NCBI RefSeq assembly: GCF_009914755.1
Contig: NC_060929.1
DNA length: 64,000 nucleotides
Source of the DNA: the human T2T-CHM13v2.0 reference genome, Homo sapiens
Reading direction: 5' to 3' (one strand)
How positions within the stretch are numbered: position 1 is the first letter of the stretch; each line of letters starts with the position of its first letter. The notes under the pieces were generated by a model. That model did no database searches and had not been told where the DNA came from. It worked only from the letters and a program-made list of their open reading frames with translations. Shown here piece after piece: positions 29,161 to 43,672 of the stretch. The position numbers were made by a program, and so were the translations under genes.

Positions 29161-32009
29161 TTTGTTGCAATATACTTCTAGACTACAGTAAAGATTTCAC
29201 TTGAATACAGTTAGAAATGTGACAAATAAAAAAGATATAAAATTGAAATAATATTTATAAAATATGTTATTTAAAAAGTATGACTGAAATTGCAACTAAA
29301 TTTACTAGTGTCTACTAGCTTTCTCCCTAAAGTAAATCAAAGACTATCGCTATGCATAAGTGAGTTTGGGGGTAATAAAAGAAAATCATTTTGAAAGCAA
29401 CTGGCTAGAAACAAGTCTTCCCTGTTTTGCGGGGGAGAGGGGGCAACTTGAACTGCTCTACTCTGAAAATCCATTTTGGATTTAGGATTAAGGAAATTTT
29501 TTGCTTTTTCTATCAAGAGCTACTGGGAAACAAAAAGGAAATCAAGGCTTCATTAAAAAAATGATGTATTTTTTATGAGAGAAATACAAAACTTTGACTA
29601 TTGATAATAGATTATTAAAGAGAAAAAAATTGAACCTTTCTGCAGAGATTTACAACAGTTATTTAAATATAATATTTAGTTCACTGTCATAGTCAGCTAA
29701 GAAAAACAGATGAAGGGAGGAACAGAAGAGAGAAGCAACAAAATGAAAAGATAGAAGAAAAAAGGGAAAAAAGACAAGTAAATAGGAGAAATACAGCGAC
29801 AGCTACAGAAAGGAAGAAAGACAAGTAAGCACAGAGCCATAAAGGAAGGAAAAAAGAGGAGAGTTGGGTTGAAGTCTGTGAGGGGAGTGTTAGTTCAAGC
29901 CAAAGAAAGCTACTTTGGTCGCTCCGTGGCGTGTGCTGGGACATGAACCCCTGATTGTTAGCTTTTGTGATCACTGCTTTCAAATGCTGACTTAGTGTCA
30001 GAACACTGATGAACTGTTGAGCAATATAAACGTGAGATCATACCTAGGTTTCCATAATTGTCTTTGATGGAACATTTAAACAATAAAATCAAAAGGCAAA
30101 TCGATTAACACAAAAACTTTTTGTTCAAGAGTACGACTGAGAGAAAGAAGAGGAGAGTGGTTCCTGTAATTATGTCAAATTCAGCTTGAGTTTAATAATG
30201 AAGAACCAACCTAAACAATTTCCTAAGAAGTTTGTTCAGCTCACCAGTTATCTGCACAAGTAGCTCCTGGGCAAGTGTTGCCTAATTTCACTAATATAAG
30301 GATAAATTATTTTCCCATTAACTTGGAACAATAGTGAAGCACTGGTTTATTTTTATTTTTGATTATTTTTTACATAAGTATGTTTTTCTTCCTTCCAAAA
30401 GAAACCACCAGGGAAGCCTCATTTTCGTTACATTAATATGGTGTGCCATTCTTGGCGGGGAACTGTAGGTGTTGCTGAAGCTACATAGCAGAAAAAGCTA
30501 AGCCAGGCCTCTAATTCTTTGGCTTATTACAGTTCTATTTTAGCCCTGTCCTCTTTTTCCCACTCAAATTCTGTAGCCTAGCATGTGTTTGGATATGCTG
30601 CATCCTCCAGTTCTTCACACTAAATATACTCTCAGAAGCCACGAGCAAAACTTGCAGATGAGTCATTCTGTTTGGAAGACTTAGCTCCATGGTGGACAGC
30701 TCGTAAACTGGAACAGATTCAGCTGGATAGGGGGAGTAGGGACAACAGTAGTTGGTTCATTGTGTTCTGCAAAAGGAGCCAAGGGGGGTTGGGGGGTGGG
30801 TGGTTTCAGAGTAAATTGAAGCAAATGCTCATATTACACTTTAAAGAAAAGTTGGTTAAAGAGACAATACTCTTAATGATAATACTCTAAAGCTTAGAAT
30901 TTGTGTTCATCACTTGTTTTGGGGGTCAGGCACTTTTTTGTTGTTGTTGTTATCCTTTGACCAATTCTCAGAGCATAATTTGTTTCCAGTCTTTTTGTTC
31001 TAAGAGTGAAAAGGTCAACGCCCTTTGACACGGCATGAGCTGTTCAGTGCACAAGGGGAAACGTCACCAGCAGTGCTGGACTTAAAACAACTTCAGGGCA
31101 ACCAGAGTCAAACACAGGAAGTGTTGTTCAAGCCCCTAGAGAATACTGGCTTTGTTTATTAGCCAACTTACATCTGGTTGAATTGCTAAGTGCCACTATC
31201 TTGAATGAGCAGATATATCAGAGACTACAGACCCAGATGAGGTATTTGTAGGCATGATATAACAACATCACTCTCCTAAAGTGTCCCCTACAGGAATCTA
31301 AACACAGAGTGGCTATTTTCTTAAATGGGAAAAGTTCCATCTCAGGTCCCCATAGTCCAATACACGCTAAATGATTCTACAAATGAACAAACGCTGCTTT
31401 GATGAGACAGTAAATTTAGTGGGAAAAATAATCAACCAAAAATGCAGAAAAAAATTGATTTTTAAAATAAACAGTCTAATCAGAAAATGAATTACACATT
31501 CAATCTTGTGAAGTTTTTTAATGATTTCACATAGGAAACACTTACCTACTCAAAATAACATCAGAAACATGTTTATGTATGTGGCATGTGTAAATTTCTA
31601 AGTGTTCAATGAGTTATTAACTGTTGTTTTAGTGGTATGAGAAAATGGTTTAACTCCATTTCACAGATTAATTGAGAAAGAAAGGTTAAGTGTTTTGTTT
31701 AAGGTCACTCAGCAAATCTAAACCAGAGACACATTTAGTTCTTTGAGTTACTGACTTCCTGTCTGTGTTTTAAATCTGTGAATCATTTTGCTTCTAAATA
31801 TACTGAAGGAGATTCAAGGCCCTAGGGAAAAAAAATCACATTGTGTCACAGTACCTCATTTGAAAATAGGGAAAATCTGGACAAATTGTACACGTACCTT
31901 AGTCTCCAGGATCAAAGATAGTACTAAAGAGGAAAAATAAATGCAGCCTGAAGACGGAAAAGTCCTAAATAGTTATTAAACACCTTGGCCATGCAAAGAG
32001 CTCTTTGCT

Positions 32010-32535
<526 letters not shown>

Positions 32536-32607
32536 GGTAGTGGCCCTATTGTCATACTAGAAAGGAAATGGCAGGAAGCCAATGAATAAAATAAATGTCA
32601 TAAATTA

Positions 32608-32785
32608 ATGGCTCTTAATCATTTTATATCACCAGCCCCACTGAAAATGCAATGAAATTCATAAACTCTATTTTCAGAAAAGTTCACATTCAGAAGTACA
32701 TCCAAAATTTTAATTGTAATCTCAAGAGACTCAAAGATCATCTGAATTCTATGTGTTCATAGAATTCACATTAAGAATACTTGTG
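32608..32785. mobile_element. Decayed hAT-Charlie-type MER element
   Basis: CAGAAAAGTTCACAT...AAAATTTT...TAATCTCAAG...TTAAGAATACTTG resembles a recalled Charlie MITE. Subfamily unsure. Confidence 0.4.
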
Positions 32786-34036
32786 GAGGAAAAAGAAAAA
32801 TGGCAGATTACCTGGAAAGCAAGAGGCATGGGAATCAACTAGTTAAGAGTCATTTAGAGGTGTACATGTGTACAGGCAGATTGCTGATTGATGAATGGTG
32901 TTAACATGTCTTTGTCCAGGAGAGAAGAAAATTCCCTAACCATTCATGAGAATTCTAGGAGCACTCTCACAGAGTTGTAGGGAGAAACCCAGAAGAGGGT
33001 GTTGTAGGGTGGGGGAAAAAGAAGAGGGAAAGGGATGAAGGAGAATGGCAGCCAGACATTCTGACTGGGGCAGGAGAGTAACTAACAGTACTAGCCCCTG
33101 CATTCTTCTGGTTCTCCTGCCTGTAGACTCTGCAGGAGGCCACACTGAGACTAATTCTAGCTAGAGATGGGGGGATAAAAGGGACCCTAGCTGTCAAGAT
33201 CACTTTCCATCAAAGCCAACCTGTGGCTGAGCTGCTTCTAACATTCACTCTCAGGCTCTCTATGAATGAATTTCATTACCTGCTCTGCTGCCTATAGTTA
33301 TGTTTCTATAACTGGATTTTGACAATCCAAATGTAGACATGACTTCAGACTTACTCTAAGGGACTCCAGTGTGTTCCACATGTCCATTTCCCTTGTGTTT
33401 GTCTCAAGTCCACTTTCTAGATTCATATATTCTATAATATATGATATATCTAGATGCCTTAGTCTTGACTGTGCAGTTGAATTCCCATATTCTCTTGACT
33501 TTGAATTCAGGACACATTCTAATCCTTCCTTCTTCTGGCTTAACATTATTTCTCCTGACTCCTGATCTGAACAGTGGTGATGTTTTGTGAAATTGCTAAT
33601 TTGTGTAATACCAGCAAATGGTTTTGGATCTTTCTCCTCCCATGGATGCTTCTTGAACCGCTGAGTCACTCCAGCAGGAGAGACCTCCCGAAACTAAAGA
33701 GTGGCTCCTCTAATTTGCCATATGTTTTATAGTTCTGAATTTGCCTAAAGTTTCTGAAAACAAAATCGTTCATAAGAGATGAAAATATGGTTCTTATTTG
33801 TTGAGCTATCTTTTATAATGAAATTGCAGGTTGGTACCTTTGTTTATAATGGTGCACATGTGCATACACACACAAATGTCCTTCCTTTCTAATAAATACC
33901 TTGGCATGTACTGTTCATGCTAACGCTAACTTTCTGCACTCTCAGATGTATTTTTTTTTTGTAGCCCACACAAAATCTCTAACTGTGTGTTCTGTTACAT
34001 AACGCAAGACTTGGTTATATTCTTTTCAGCACTTAC

Positions 34037-34053
34037 CTCTGCAAGATACTCAA
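34037..34053 (-). other. Candidate 17-nt microexon
   Basis: Minus strand: CTTCATTTTTTTTTCTCCAG|TTGAGTATCTTGCAGAG|GTAAGT. Confidence 0.3.
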
Positions 34054-34513
34054 CTGGAGAAAAAAAAATGAAGCTTGAAAAAGGAGTAGAGAGGTGGAAT
34101 TAATAAGTAAGGCCAGACACCTCTGACTCCACTGTACTTCTCTAAGTGTTAGAAATGGTAATTTATTTTAAGAATCATAAATTTACTCTATTATATGAAA
34201 TTCTGAATAGAGGTCTTTTTTTTTGAGTCCAAACTTTAAGAACCCTAGCAAAACCTCTTGCTAATCTACGCGTTTTATGCGATGCTAAGAATAAAGATTT
34301 TGACAAGCACATTATTCCATTAATCTGAAGAAACAACAGATCATTTGGCATGTACTGTAAAACATTTTATGGAAAGCACATAAATATATAACCTTATGAC
34401 CTCAATAAAGTTGATAATCTACAAAGTTATTTCATTTGATACTTAATCTATACTCTCAGAATCCAGTTCATTACTTTTTACTCTATCACATAAGGCTTTC
34501 AATATAAAGTTAA

Positions 34514-34833
<320 letters not shown>

Positions 34834-35312
34834 GATAAGCTTCTTTTCAATTAAACAAGTCTCATTTTATACAAATATTGCAGGGAATATTACCAATTTC
34901 AAAAGTACCTTCTAAAAACATTAGCAAATATTTTGCTAAACTTAAGCACTAAAAAAAATCTAAGTTACTTTAAACAGCATTATTTTATTAATAGATGGTT
35001 ACAATATTTATATGAGATAGATAGGAGAAGGATAATAGTTTCTGAGGGCTCCTAAGTTTCATTGATTGCCTCTAGATGGCAAGTAGCACAATTATATCAT
35101 GATATTGATATTAATTTGTACTTATATTGTCAGACTGAAAAATAAGACATTGTTTTGGAAACAACTTCATTGAAGCACTGGGAAAAGAATGTGTTGTGCT
35201 GAAAACCTCCAATCTGCAACCCATGGTGTACAGCAAATAATGGAGACATTTATATGACACCCATATAATTATGGTATAAAATCTGACCCCATCTTATTTA
35301 CTCAATTATATA

Positions 35313-36110
35313 TTCATCCATTCTGCCATTCATGCATTCACTTAATCTACAAATATGTAGTGCCCACTTTGTTCCAGGCACTGTGCAGGGCTCTGGAAAT
35401 ATGCAGATGAATCAAACATGATTCTTGCCCTCAAAGAACTTGAGGCGATTATGAGAGGAAGAAAAATAAATGTTATGATATGTTGACTAACAAATTTAAT
35501 AATAAGTGCTTTGCTAAGTAGTGTATTTAATGATTCATTGTGTCCAGGAGAGGGACAAATGAGATGACAGTCTTGAAAAGGGAGATTATGAAGCACAAGT
35601 TTGAAGGAGAAGTATTAATTAATGTTTTCATTTTCAAGCCGTTTTTACTTGGGTATTGTTACTCACAGCCCAAGGTCTCCTGATATAAGTTTTCAGCAGT
35701 TGCATTATAAAATTGCTGTTTTTATAGCTCCAAACCTGTTCAATACTAGCAATTTCATGTGCTTCAACTTGAGAGCGAATGTAAAGAGACCAGGGTTTTA
35801 AGCAAAGGATTAGTGTGTCATGATTTTCATCCTAGAATGATCATAGTGACAGCAGAATGTAGGCAGGATTTATGGAGCGGGGATAGAAGGGTGTCTAACA
35901 CAGTAAGTAAGGAGATCAGTTGGAAGCCTATTCCAATAGTTGAGTTGAAAGCTAATGGGGTACTAAATTAAGGCAAGAGCAGCAAGGATGACACGGTATA
36001 GGGCTACAAGTGGGAAAGATGTTAAAAAAGCAGAACTGACAGATTTGGTAACATTGAAATCAGAACATGAGAGAGAAAGGGAAACTCCACAAAGATTTTT
36101 TGGCTCAAGT
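35313..36110 (-). mobile_element. L2 fragments
   Basis: (CATT)n-like tail, TTCCAGGCACTGTGC, CTTGCCCTCAAAGAACT; further on GGTTTTAAGCA and GGAGATCAGTTGGAAGCCTATT. Confidence 0.7.
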
Positions 36111-36905
36111 AGGTAATTTTACTGTCCAGTAAAATTAATAGTTTGTTCTTAATTCTGTATTTTGACATGGGACACTTGTTGGTCCTGGCAAGCCCTGGAC
36201 CATCTTTTCATCTTCGCTAAAACACCTGTCTGCTCTTATTCTCTCACGAGGCTAGTGTTTTTTCTCAAAGACTTGTTTTTTGGGACTCAATGTCTATCCC
36301 ACACGTTTTGTTGCTAAAGAACACACAACTTTGTCCTGTTGTTATTTGAGAACCAGGGGCAGACACAAGGGTTGGCCTTCCCCAGTGGAGATGTGAGGTC
36401 TTTGCATACAGAAGCCAGAGCCTGAATTCTACTTCTTGATTGTCCTTGTAACATCTGACATTGACATATGCATAAGGAAAGCAAAACTGACTTCAATTAT
36501 GGCAGCATATCAGATGCTTCCTCGTGGTAAAGTGCAGAAAATTTTAAAGAAATGTTTAATTATGGGAAGAAGTGACAACTGTACATCCCAGCCATAGTTG
36601 CCCAGTCTCTTCTGATCTCAAGTTACAGAACAATGCCCTATGCCTGATTGGGTACCAGACATCTACTTCACCTCCTTAATCCTTATGCCTATTCTGTCTT
36701 ATGTCTTTTGCTTATTATGCCTTATGCCTATTTGGAAAATTAATTTAAAAACTGGAAGAGTCTGACATATCCTATAATAATGAGAGCTTTATTACTTTTT
36801 TAAATAAATCTGAGAGTGGGAATGATTGTTAGATAATTTAAATTTTAAGGATTCTATAAATAACAAAATATTTTGCTTTTAGAAAACTGTAAATGAAAAC
36901 AGCAT

Positions 36906-37267
36906 TGTATTAGCCTGTTTTCATGCTGCTAATAAAGACATACCTGAGACTGGCTAATTTATAAAGACAACGAGGTTTAATGGACTCATAGTTCCACATG
37001 GCTGGTGAGGCCTCACAGTCATGGCAGAAGGCGAAGGAGGAGCAAAGGCACGTCTTACATGGTGGCAGCAAGAGAGTGTGTGCAAGGGAACTGCCCTTTA
37101 TAAAGCCATCAGATTTCTTGAGATTTATTCTTTATAACAAGAACAGCATGGGAAAGACCTGCCCCATGATTCAATTACCTCCCACTGGTTCCTACCCATG
37201 ACACATGGGGATTATGGGAGCTACAATTCAAAATGAGATTTGGGTGGGGACACAGCAAACCATATCA
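36906..37267 (-). mobile_element. THE1B/C solo LTR
   Basis: TGTATTAG...CCATATCA termini. Perfect 5-bp TSD AGCAT at 36901-36905 and 37268-37272. Confidence 0.95.
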
Positions 37268-38099
37268 AGCATCAACAACAATCTGACTTTGAATACAATT
37301 TTTATATATTTATCAAGAACTGAGCATACATATTTTAGTGATACATGATTTTCTTAAGTTTATTATATAAAAAATTCCTGAAAAATAAGAAAGTGTATAT
37401 TATTCAACAGAGTTAAACAATTTAACATGTATTCCATTTTTTTGTGTGTGTGGATGGTTTCCACAATTACACAAGGTACAAGAGTTAAATACTTGACTTT
37501 TGATTTTCTAAACAAAAAATGTAGATTCTTCCTTTTGCTTATTTAGGAGACAGACAAATCCATGATTCTAAAAATCTTCAACAGTTCTCTTTATATCTTC
37601 ACATGTAATTTTAACATTTTGATATAGTCTATCTATATTGCATATGAAACTGCAAAATTTGAAGAATAAAAAGGATCTATTCAAATTATCTGCTATTACA
37701 TGAACAATAATAATGGTAATAAAAAGAATAATTATGCAACTGCATGCCACTCAAAGGACTCATTTAAATTATGCAAATTAAACATAAGGTCATGTAATAC
37801 TAAGAGAAAAGAACAAAAATATGCAAAATAGTGTACTTCTATTGCTGGTTTTAATATTAGAAATATTCATATCACAAGCATATAGTGTGTGTCTCATTTT
37901 TTAACCTCTGTACCATAAAAACAAATTAGTTTTTCTTATCTTATTGGGTACTCTGAAATTTCAGCAGTACACAATTTTATAGATAAGCTGGTTTCATCCA
38001 AAGAGAAGAATATTTTTTGAGCATTTGATTTTTTAAAAATTTTTAAAAATTTTAACTAAAGAACATTTTTGTCTAGTTATAGAAAGATGTATTGTAAAA

Positions 38100-39350
38100 A
38101 AAAAGATTGGGAAAATATAAAATACAAAATATAAAATATAAAATAAAAGCCACCTATTTGAAATTAGCATGACCTCATTTTGGTGCAATTCTTTTTCTTT
38201 TGTTAAATGAAATTTTTTTGTCATAATAGGTATCAAATTGTGTTCTTGTTTTATCATGTTTCTTTTGTATTTCATTTATTTGTATTATATCATGAACATT
38301 TTCCCAGATGTTTCTTGAAACCTGAATTTTTAATGATGTCATAAAATTTTTTACATGTGTATTTAGTATTTAACTATTTTATTATTTTTATTCTCTTCTT
38401 ATGGCCTACTTTTGTATAAATCATACTGTAAGAAATATTTATATTATGTTGCAATAAGAATTACTAATTATTTTATTTGAATAGATTGCTAGTAGGTTAG
38501 GAAGTTGTAGGAATTTGTGGTATGGCTATGAATAGAATTGGATTAAATTTATGAGTAGGATTAAGGATATAATAAATAGGAACATTTATTTCTTAGTACA
38601 AATTAGCAAATTTTTTACAGAACATCTATATGAATTTGTACACATTTCAGCAACCCAGATCACTATAAATTTGCCAGTGGTGATGAAAATAATCTTATTT
38701 TATTAGTATTTCTTTGGTTACTACCAAAGTTGAAAATTTTTCATGTATTTCCAGGCCCATTGTCTTTCTCTATTACATGGTTCTACAAGACCTTTATTCA
38801 TTTTTCCACTGGGTTGTTATTTAAAAATAATTTGGGAGAACTCTTTCCTCTTACTATACTTGTTGCAAACATTTTTAAATTATTTTAGTTATTAACTAAA
38901 ATGCTTAACATTTTAGTTAATCATTTGCTTTTTATTCATGTTTGACATACAGAACTATCAAGCTTACATGTGGTCAAATTACTAAATAATAACCTTTAAG
39001 ATTTTTTTCTGTTGCTTTTATGCTCAAAAATTGCGTCATAATTTTAAGACTTTTATTTTTAGTTTTAACTTCTAGATCCACAGGAAAATTATATTAGTAA
39101 ATGAAACGACTTGGTTTTTTTCCCCAGAGAAAATTGTTCTGACATTTGTTGAATTGTACTTTTTTATTATTTGTTCCACTTTACAAATTAGTTTACATTT
39201 TGTCATTTAAGATTATCTAGTCTATTCCACTGACTGGTTTATTGATTCTTATATACATTCTCCATTTTAAAAATCATTATTATTCTATGCTATGTTTTAA
39301 CATTTGGGAAAGCAAGCCCCCACTACTATTACTTTTCATGTCACGTATTA
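38100..39350 (-). mobile_element. Highly decayed L1ME-like remnant
   Basis: T-rich antisense L1 motifs such as TTTCTTTGGTTACTACCAAAGTTGA, TTGTTGCAAACATTTT and TCTATTCCACTGA. Confidence 0.55.
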
Positions 39351-40261
39351 ATCTTTTAGATGAACTTATCTGAAGAATTTCAGAATTAATTCTGAAAGAG
39401 ATGAACATTTATTCTTCTAAAATCATCTTTTATTATCTTTGAGCACTTCAAATGACACTTCTATATTTGTACCTTACACAAAGGATAAAGACAGTAAATA
39501 TAAAATATCACCTACATTTATTCCAAGTACATGCTAAACACATTCACATACAACGTAGCTTACTTAACCCTCAGTTACTCTGTGAAGATAGGATTAATTA
39601 TCCAAATTTACACAAGAAATTTTAAGACTCAGTGGTTTTGTTTTATACAGCACTGTAGCAAAAACACAGGTAAAATTATTCCAAGCTTAATGTTCCTTTC
39701 ATAATATCACATTTTGTACCTTACTTGAAAAAATGAAACCCTTAATTTTATAGGCTACTATTTTATTTACAATGTATGTAGCAAAAATTATATTTTATGT
39801 AATCAGTGTGTATTTTTCTTTTTTATTTATTATCTTGATGAGATATTTTGAAATGAAGTGTGTCAGAAAAGAATACGTGGAGACCCTAAAGACAATCACA
39901 TAAACTATGGTTTACTTTCAAGCCACAGTGAAGTTTCAGGAAAGTCACTTGGTTTTAATTTGCTTATCGTAAATAATATCTGTCCTTCATCTTCTAAAAA
40001 CTAATGACAATTAAAGACCTACATTTTTTTTTGCTAGTTGAGTACATGCATACAATGCACCGGAATGAAATTCCATATTAATACTCAACAATTAAATGTG
40101 TGTGAAATATTGTAGTCTAATGGAAAAATCCTATTGTTTTCATTCGCTTCCAGTTAAATTCACAGCTATGCTAGAAATCCATATCTAATCTAATCTTTCA
40201 GTAGTCCCATTTCTGCATCGAATTAAGTTAAATTTTTAGATTGTTCTCAAATATTGGGATA

Positions 40262-41110
40262 AATTGGGATTTTTTTTGGTTGCAAGTGATGGAAACATAA
40301 TTTAAGAAAACTTAAGGAAAATGTGGTGGCTCATTTAACTGAGTAAGATAGAGATATCTGAATTAAGGCACAATTTGATACAGATGTCAAAAAAATTATT
40401 GCCACAAACTTCTTTCTTTGCACATCTTTCTAGAAGCCTCTATGTTGGTTTATTTATCTAGAAAGTGTCAGAAAAATGAGAATGATCTGAGATTTACCTT
40501 GCTTGTAAGTTAGCAAGTTAACCTGCCTCAGTTATATAAATGCTGACAGAAAACATGAGACTGCTGGACCAGAGGCAAAGGTATATTTCTGTGAATCCCT
40601 CTAATCCGTAAATATCATGAGGGGATACAGAAAAGCCTAGGTGCATGCCTGCCCAGGTAGTAGGTTGTGTTGCAGTAGAGGAAATCTGAGCTTAGAGAGC
40701 CTGAATCTTTTCTGATGCGCAGTAGGCATTCCTTTCCTTTGTTCTGGATCTCTTTCTCTCTTCCCAAGGCTATTTACTGAGCAAGCATATTTTTAAGTAT
40801 AGTCTGGAACCAAAGGCAGTTCATACTTTATACACAAGATGGACAGAAATGTGAGAAACCCATTGAGAACTGTATACAAACAGAAGGCTTTTTCCATAAG
40901 GGGGCAAAGAAGACCACCACTTACATTCTACTGTCTGAGCAATCTCAGCAGAAAGAAAAAAAATGTGCTTTTTCTCAAAAGTCCTGCATAATATGCATAT
41001 CCTTGGACCACTGTAATTCTGACTGATCAGGCCAGGAATTGTGGTCCTCTTTAAAGCAGAATGGTCAGATCAACCTCTCAACAAACACATACGTTTAGAG
41101 TTGGAAAGAG
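40262..41110 (-). mobile_element. Old MLT1 (J/K/L-like) LTR split by LTR40
   Basis: GGTTGCAAGTGATGGAAAC and TGGCTCATTTAACTGA; resumes at 40883 as GGCTTTTTCCATAAGGGGGCAAAGAAGACCACC. Confidence 0.6.
40466..40882 (-). mobile_element. LTR40-like ERVL solo LTR
   Basis: TG...CA termini. The reverse strand begins TGTTTGTATACAGTTCTCAATGGGTTTCTCACATTTCTG. Flanks GAAAG/GAAGG. Confidence 0.8.
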
Positions 41111-41479
41111 CTGGCTGCCCAAAGAAATATTTGGGTATTTTTAACAGACGAGTACTCCACATCAGTATTCCCTTCTGTACTGTTAACAGAAGGGAGTATC
41201 AATATGAAGGAAAGAAAATGCAGAAAAGGTCTATATCATCGACCCTTTTCCTCTCTAACTTTGTGCTCAATATTCTCTCTGCTTTTGTGTACTATCTTTC
41301 TCTTTCATCTCTATGTGTCCATATCCTTGACATCCTACAAACCCATGTCCATGTGCACACTCCAGTATGAAGACTACAATTTTCTCTTTACAGCTAGAAA
41401 GTCCTTCTCTGGATTCACTTAGTATATCTCTTCCTCAATTTTACTGGGACATTTTGCTTTCTATCTTGTATTACAGAAA

Positions 41480-41880
41480 TCTCTTTAAATGTCTTAACTT
41501 TCCCCACTAGACTGGGATCTCCTACCAAGGTCATGTCTCTGCCTCTCTGTATCCCTTATGAGTCAATGCGTATTACTGGTGATTAATATATGTGTACTGA
41601 ATAAAGGGAAGGATATTTAATTAAATTTTCATCTCTTATATATCTTGACTAACAATGATGGAACAATTATGAGGCCAGGAGTCCAGAGACATTGCTTTAT
41701 TTTCTATTTTTACTATACACTGGTTGGTCACCTTAAGCAAATCTATAAACCTGTCTGAGGCTCAATTCCTTCATTTGTAAAAAGGTGACACTATGTGCTC
41801 TTCCTAATATGGTTATTGAGATAATCACATGAGGAAATGCACATGAAATTACTTTAGAAATGTAAACCACTCTAATAATT
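41480..41880 (+). mobile_element. L2 3' fragment (about 41480-41605) followed by a MIR (about 41670-41880)
   Basis: TCCCCACTAGACTG for L2; AACCTGTCTGAGGCTCAATTCCTTCATTTGTAAAA for MIR. Confidence 0.7.
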
Positions 41881-43672
41881 AATGAATTTCATTTTCAAAT
41901 AACAAGTGAGCCATTTCTGTTATATGAATTCAATGTGTTTAATATTAGCAGAATAGTTATACAAAAGTAAGTAGATGTAATTTGAGAAATGCTTGGGAAA
42001 AAAATCTGTCTGTGCAAAAATATATTTCTTGTTATCTCTAATTCCTCCATCTCCTTTAAATTTATCTGAATTAATTTTAGGAATGCTTATCTCCAAAACT
42101 TCCCATAAAAAAGAAAGTTATCAATAATACATTAAGCCATTATCTGTTAATAAAACTATTGTATTATTTTAACTGGCTATGAAGCAAAGGGATATATGCA
42201 AGTAAGCTTTAAATGGAAGAGGGACATAATTAGAAAGTAAAACCTTGGCATAAGTGTGCCTGGAAGGTAACGGGAAAAGGAACATACTGACAAAAAGGAA
42301 AAACATTTAAGGAACAATAGAAATATTGCCAAATGAAGAAAATTGCCTAATTCATAGCTTTGCCCTGAACTGGTCTTATCAAACAGATCAATTTTCTATA
42401 TATCTATTTTTTTTAACTCACAATTTCTCCCTTTAAATTTGGAAAGGATCACAGACATAAAACAAAATAATTGATTTGTTCAGAGAACTTTCTCCTTTAG
42501 AGTAGAAAGTCCACACATTTTTGAAGTTTCATTTTCACTATATTAACCATTTGTTAGAAATGCATAATTTTTCTAGATATTTTTTTCTAAAAGTTGTGGT
42601 TGCCTCCCCAGTTTTAACTACAAACACTTGTGTTGAAAAGTATCTCCCCAAAAGTTATGTGGTTCTTCCATCTGACAGATAAATCAATATGATTTCATAA
42701 AATGTCTTCCTAATTAACAATGAACTACCCTATGAACAAAATTATGACAATGTAATACAGAAGTGTCTGTAGATCATTAAAAATTTTCAAATGAACACTG
42801 TTACAAAAATAAAAAGACATGGAAACTAACAGAAATTCTGAATCAATCACATTTATTTCCACAGAGTTGAAAATTGCATGGAAGCAATTCCAAACCATTT
42901 CCTCATACAGAAAACAAAAATTGAAACTTGAGACAGGACTGTGCTTCTAAGGTCTCCAATGCAATATGGGCATTTCAATAAAGCCCCATGATCCCCAGAA
43001 TCAAAAGCTATAATGGGGATCAAGAAGAATTAAAATGGGTGGTTTGTCAGAAAGAATCTACCTACAACATAAGGCCATTATACACCTGATTCTCTTATTA
43101 AAGCAATCTCCTAAGCCTGATCTGAGCCTGTGGGTGGTGTATGAAGTGCATTTCATTAATGCATTACCAAGAAGCTGATTAAGACAATGGCTATGCCACT
43201 GTAGACTTAGGAAAGACTAGAGTGACCAAAACAACCACGGGTTTGGAAGACTTTGCGACTATCACTAGAGCTCAGATTTCAGAGAACATTACAACAACGT
43301 ATCCTAAATTACAGAGTTGGTATCTTTCTTGCATTCAACATATAGGGCCCACCTCTGTTTCAACCTACCTGCAACTTTCAGCTCCCTTTCCTGCTTGCAA
43401 ATATTATAAGAAAAACCTGAAATGGATTCTTTGAAGGCTTTGAAATTTTTGACTTTTCAAAATTCTAATATAAATATTTCTTAATAAGACACTAAAGTAT
43501 GAAAGAGAGTATCCTGGGTGCTTCTTATAAGCTTTGGAATGTTGTTTACATCTCTGAGAAGTTTTAGATGTCCTTACAGTAGTTCTCCAAAGAAAAGCAA
43601 TAATTTAATATCAAGTAAATATAAATGAAATGTGTAAGTCTAGGTTACTCACTGAAAACAGTCATGCTTAGA

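Noticed and set aside
29693-29983. Hydrophobic 96-aa ORF
   Set aside because: It arises from the antisense of a purine-rich low-complexity tract.
33416-33454. Bulged hairpin (7+9-bp stems) as a possible pre-miRNA
   Set aside because: Too short and almost entirely AT.
33298-33669. 123-aa minus-strand ORF, the longest outside obvious repeats
   Set aside because: Non-ATG start, no recognisable domain and no convincing splice boundaries. Its length is compatible with chance.
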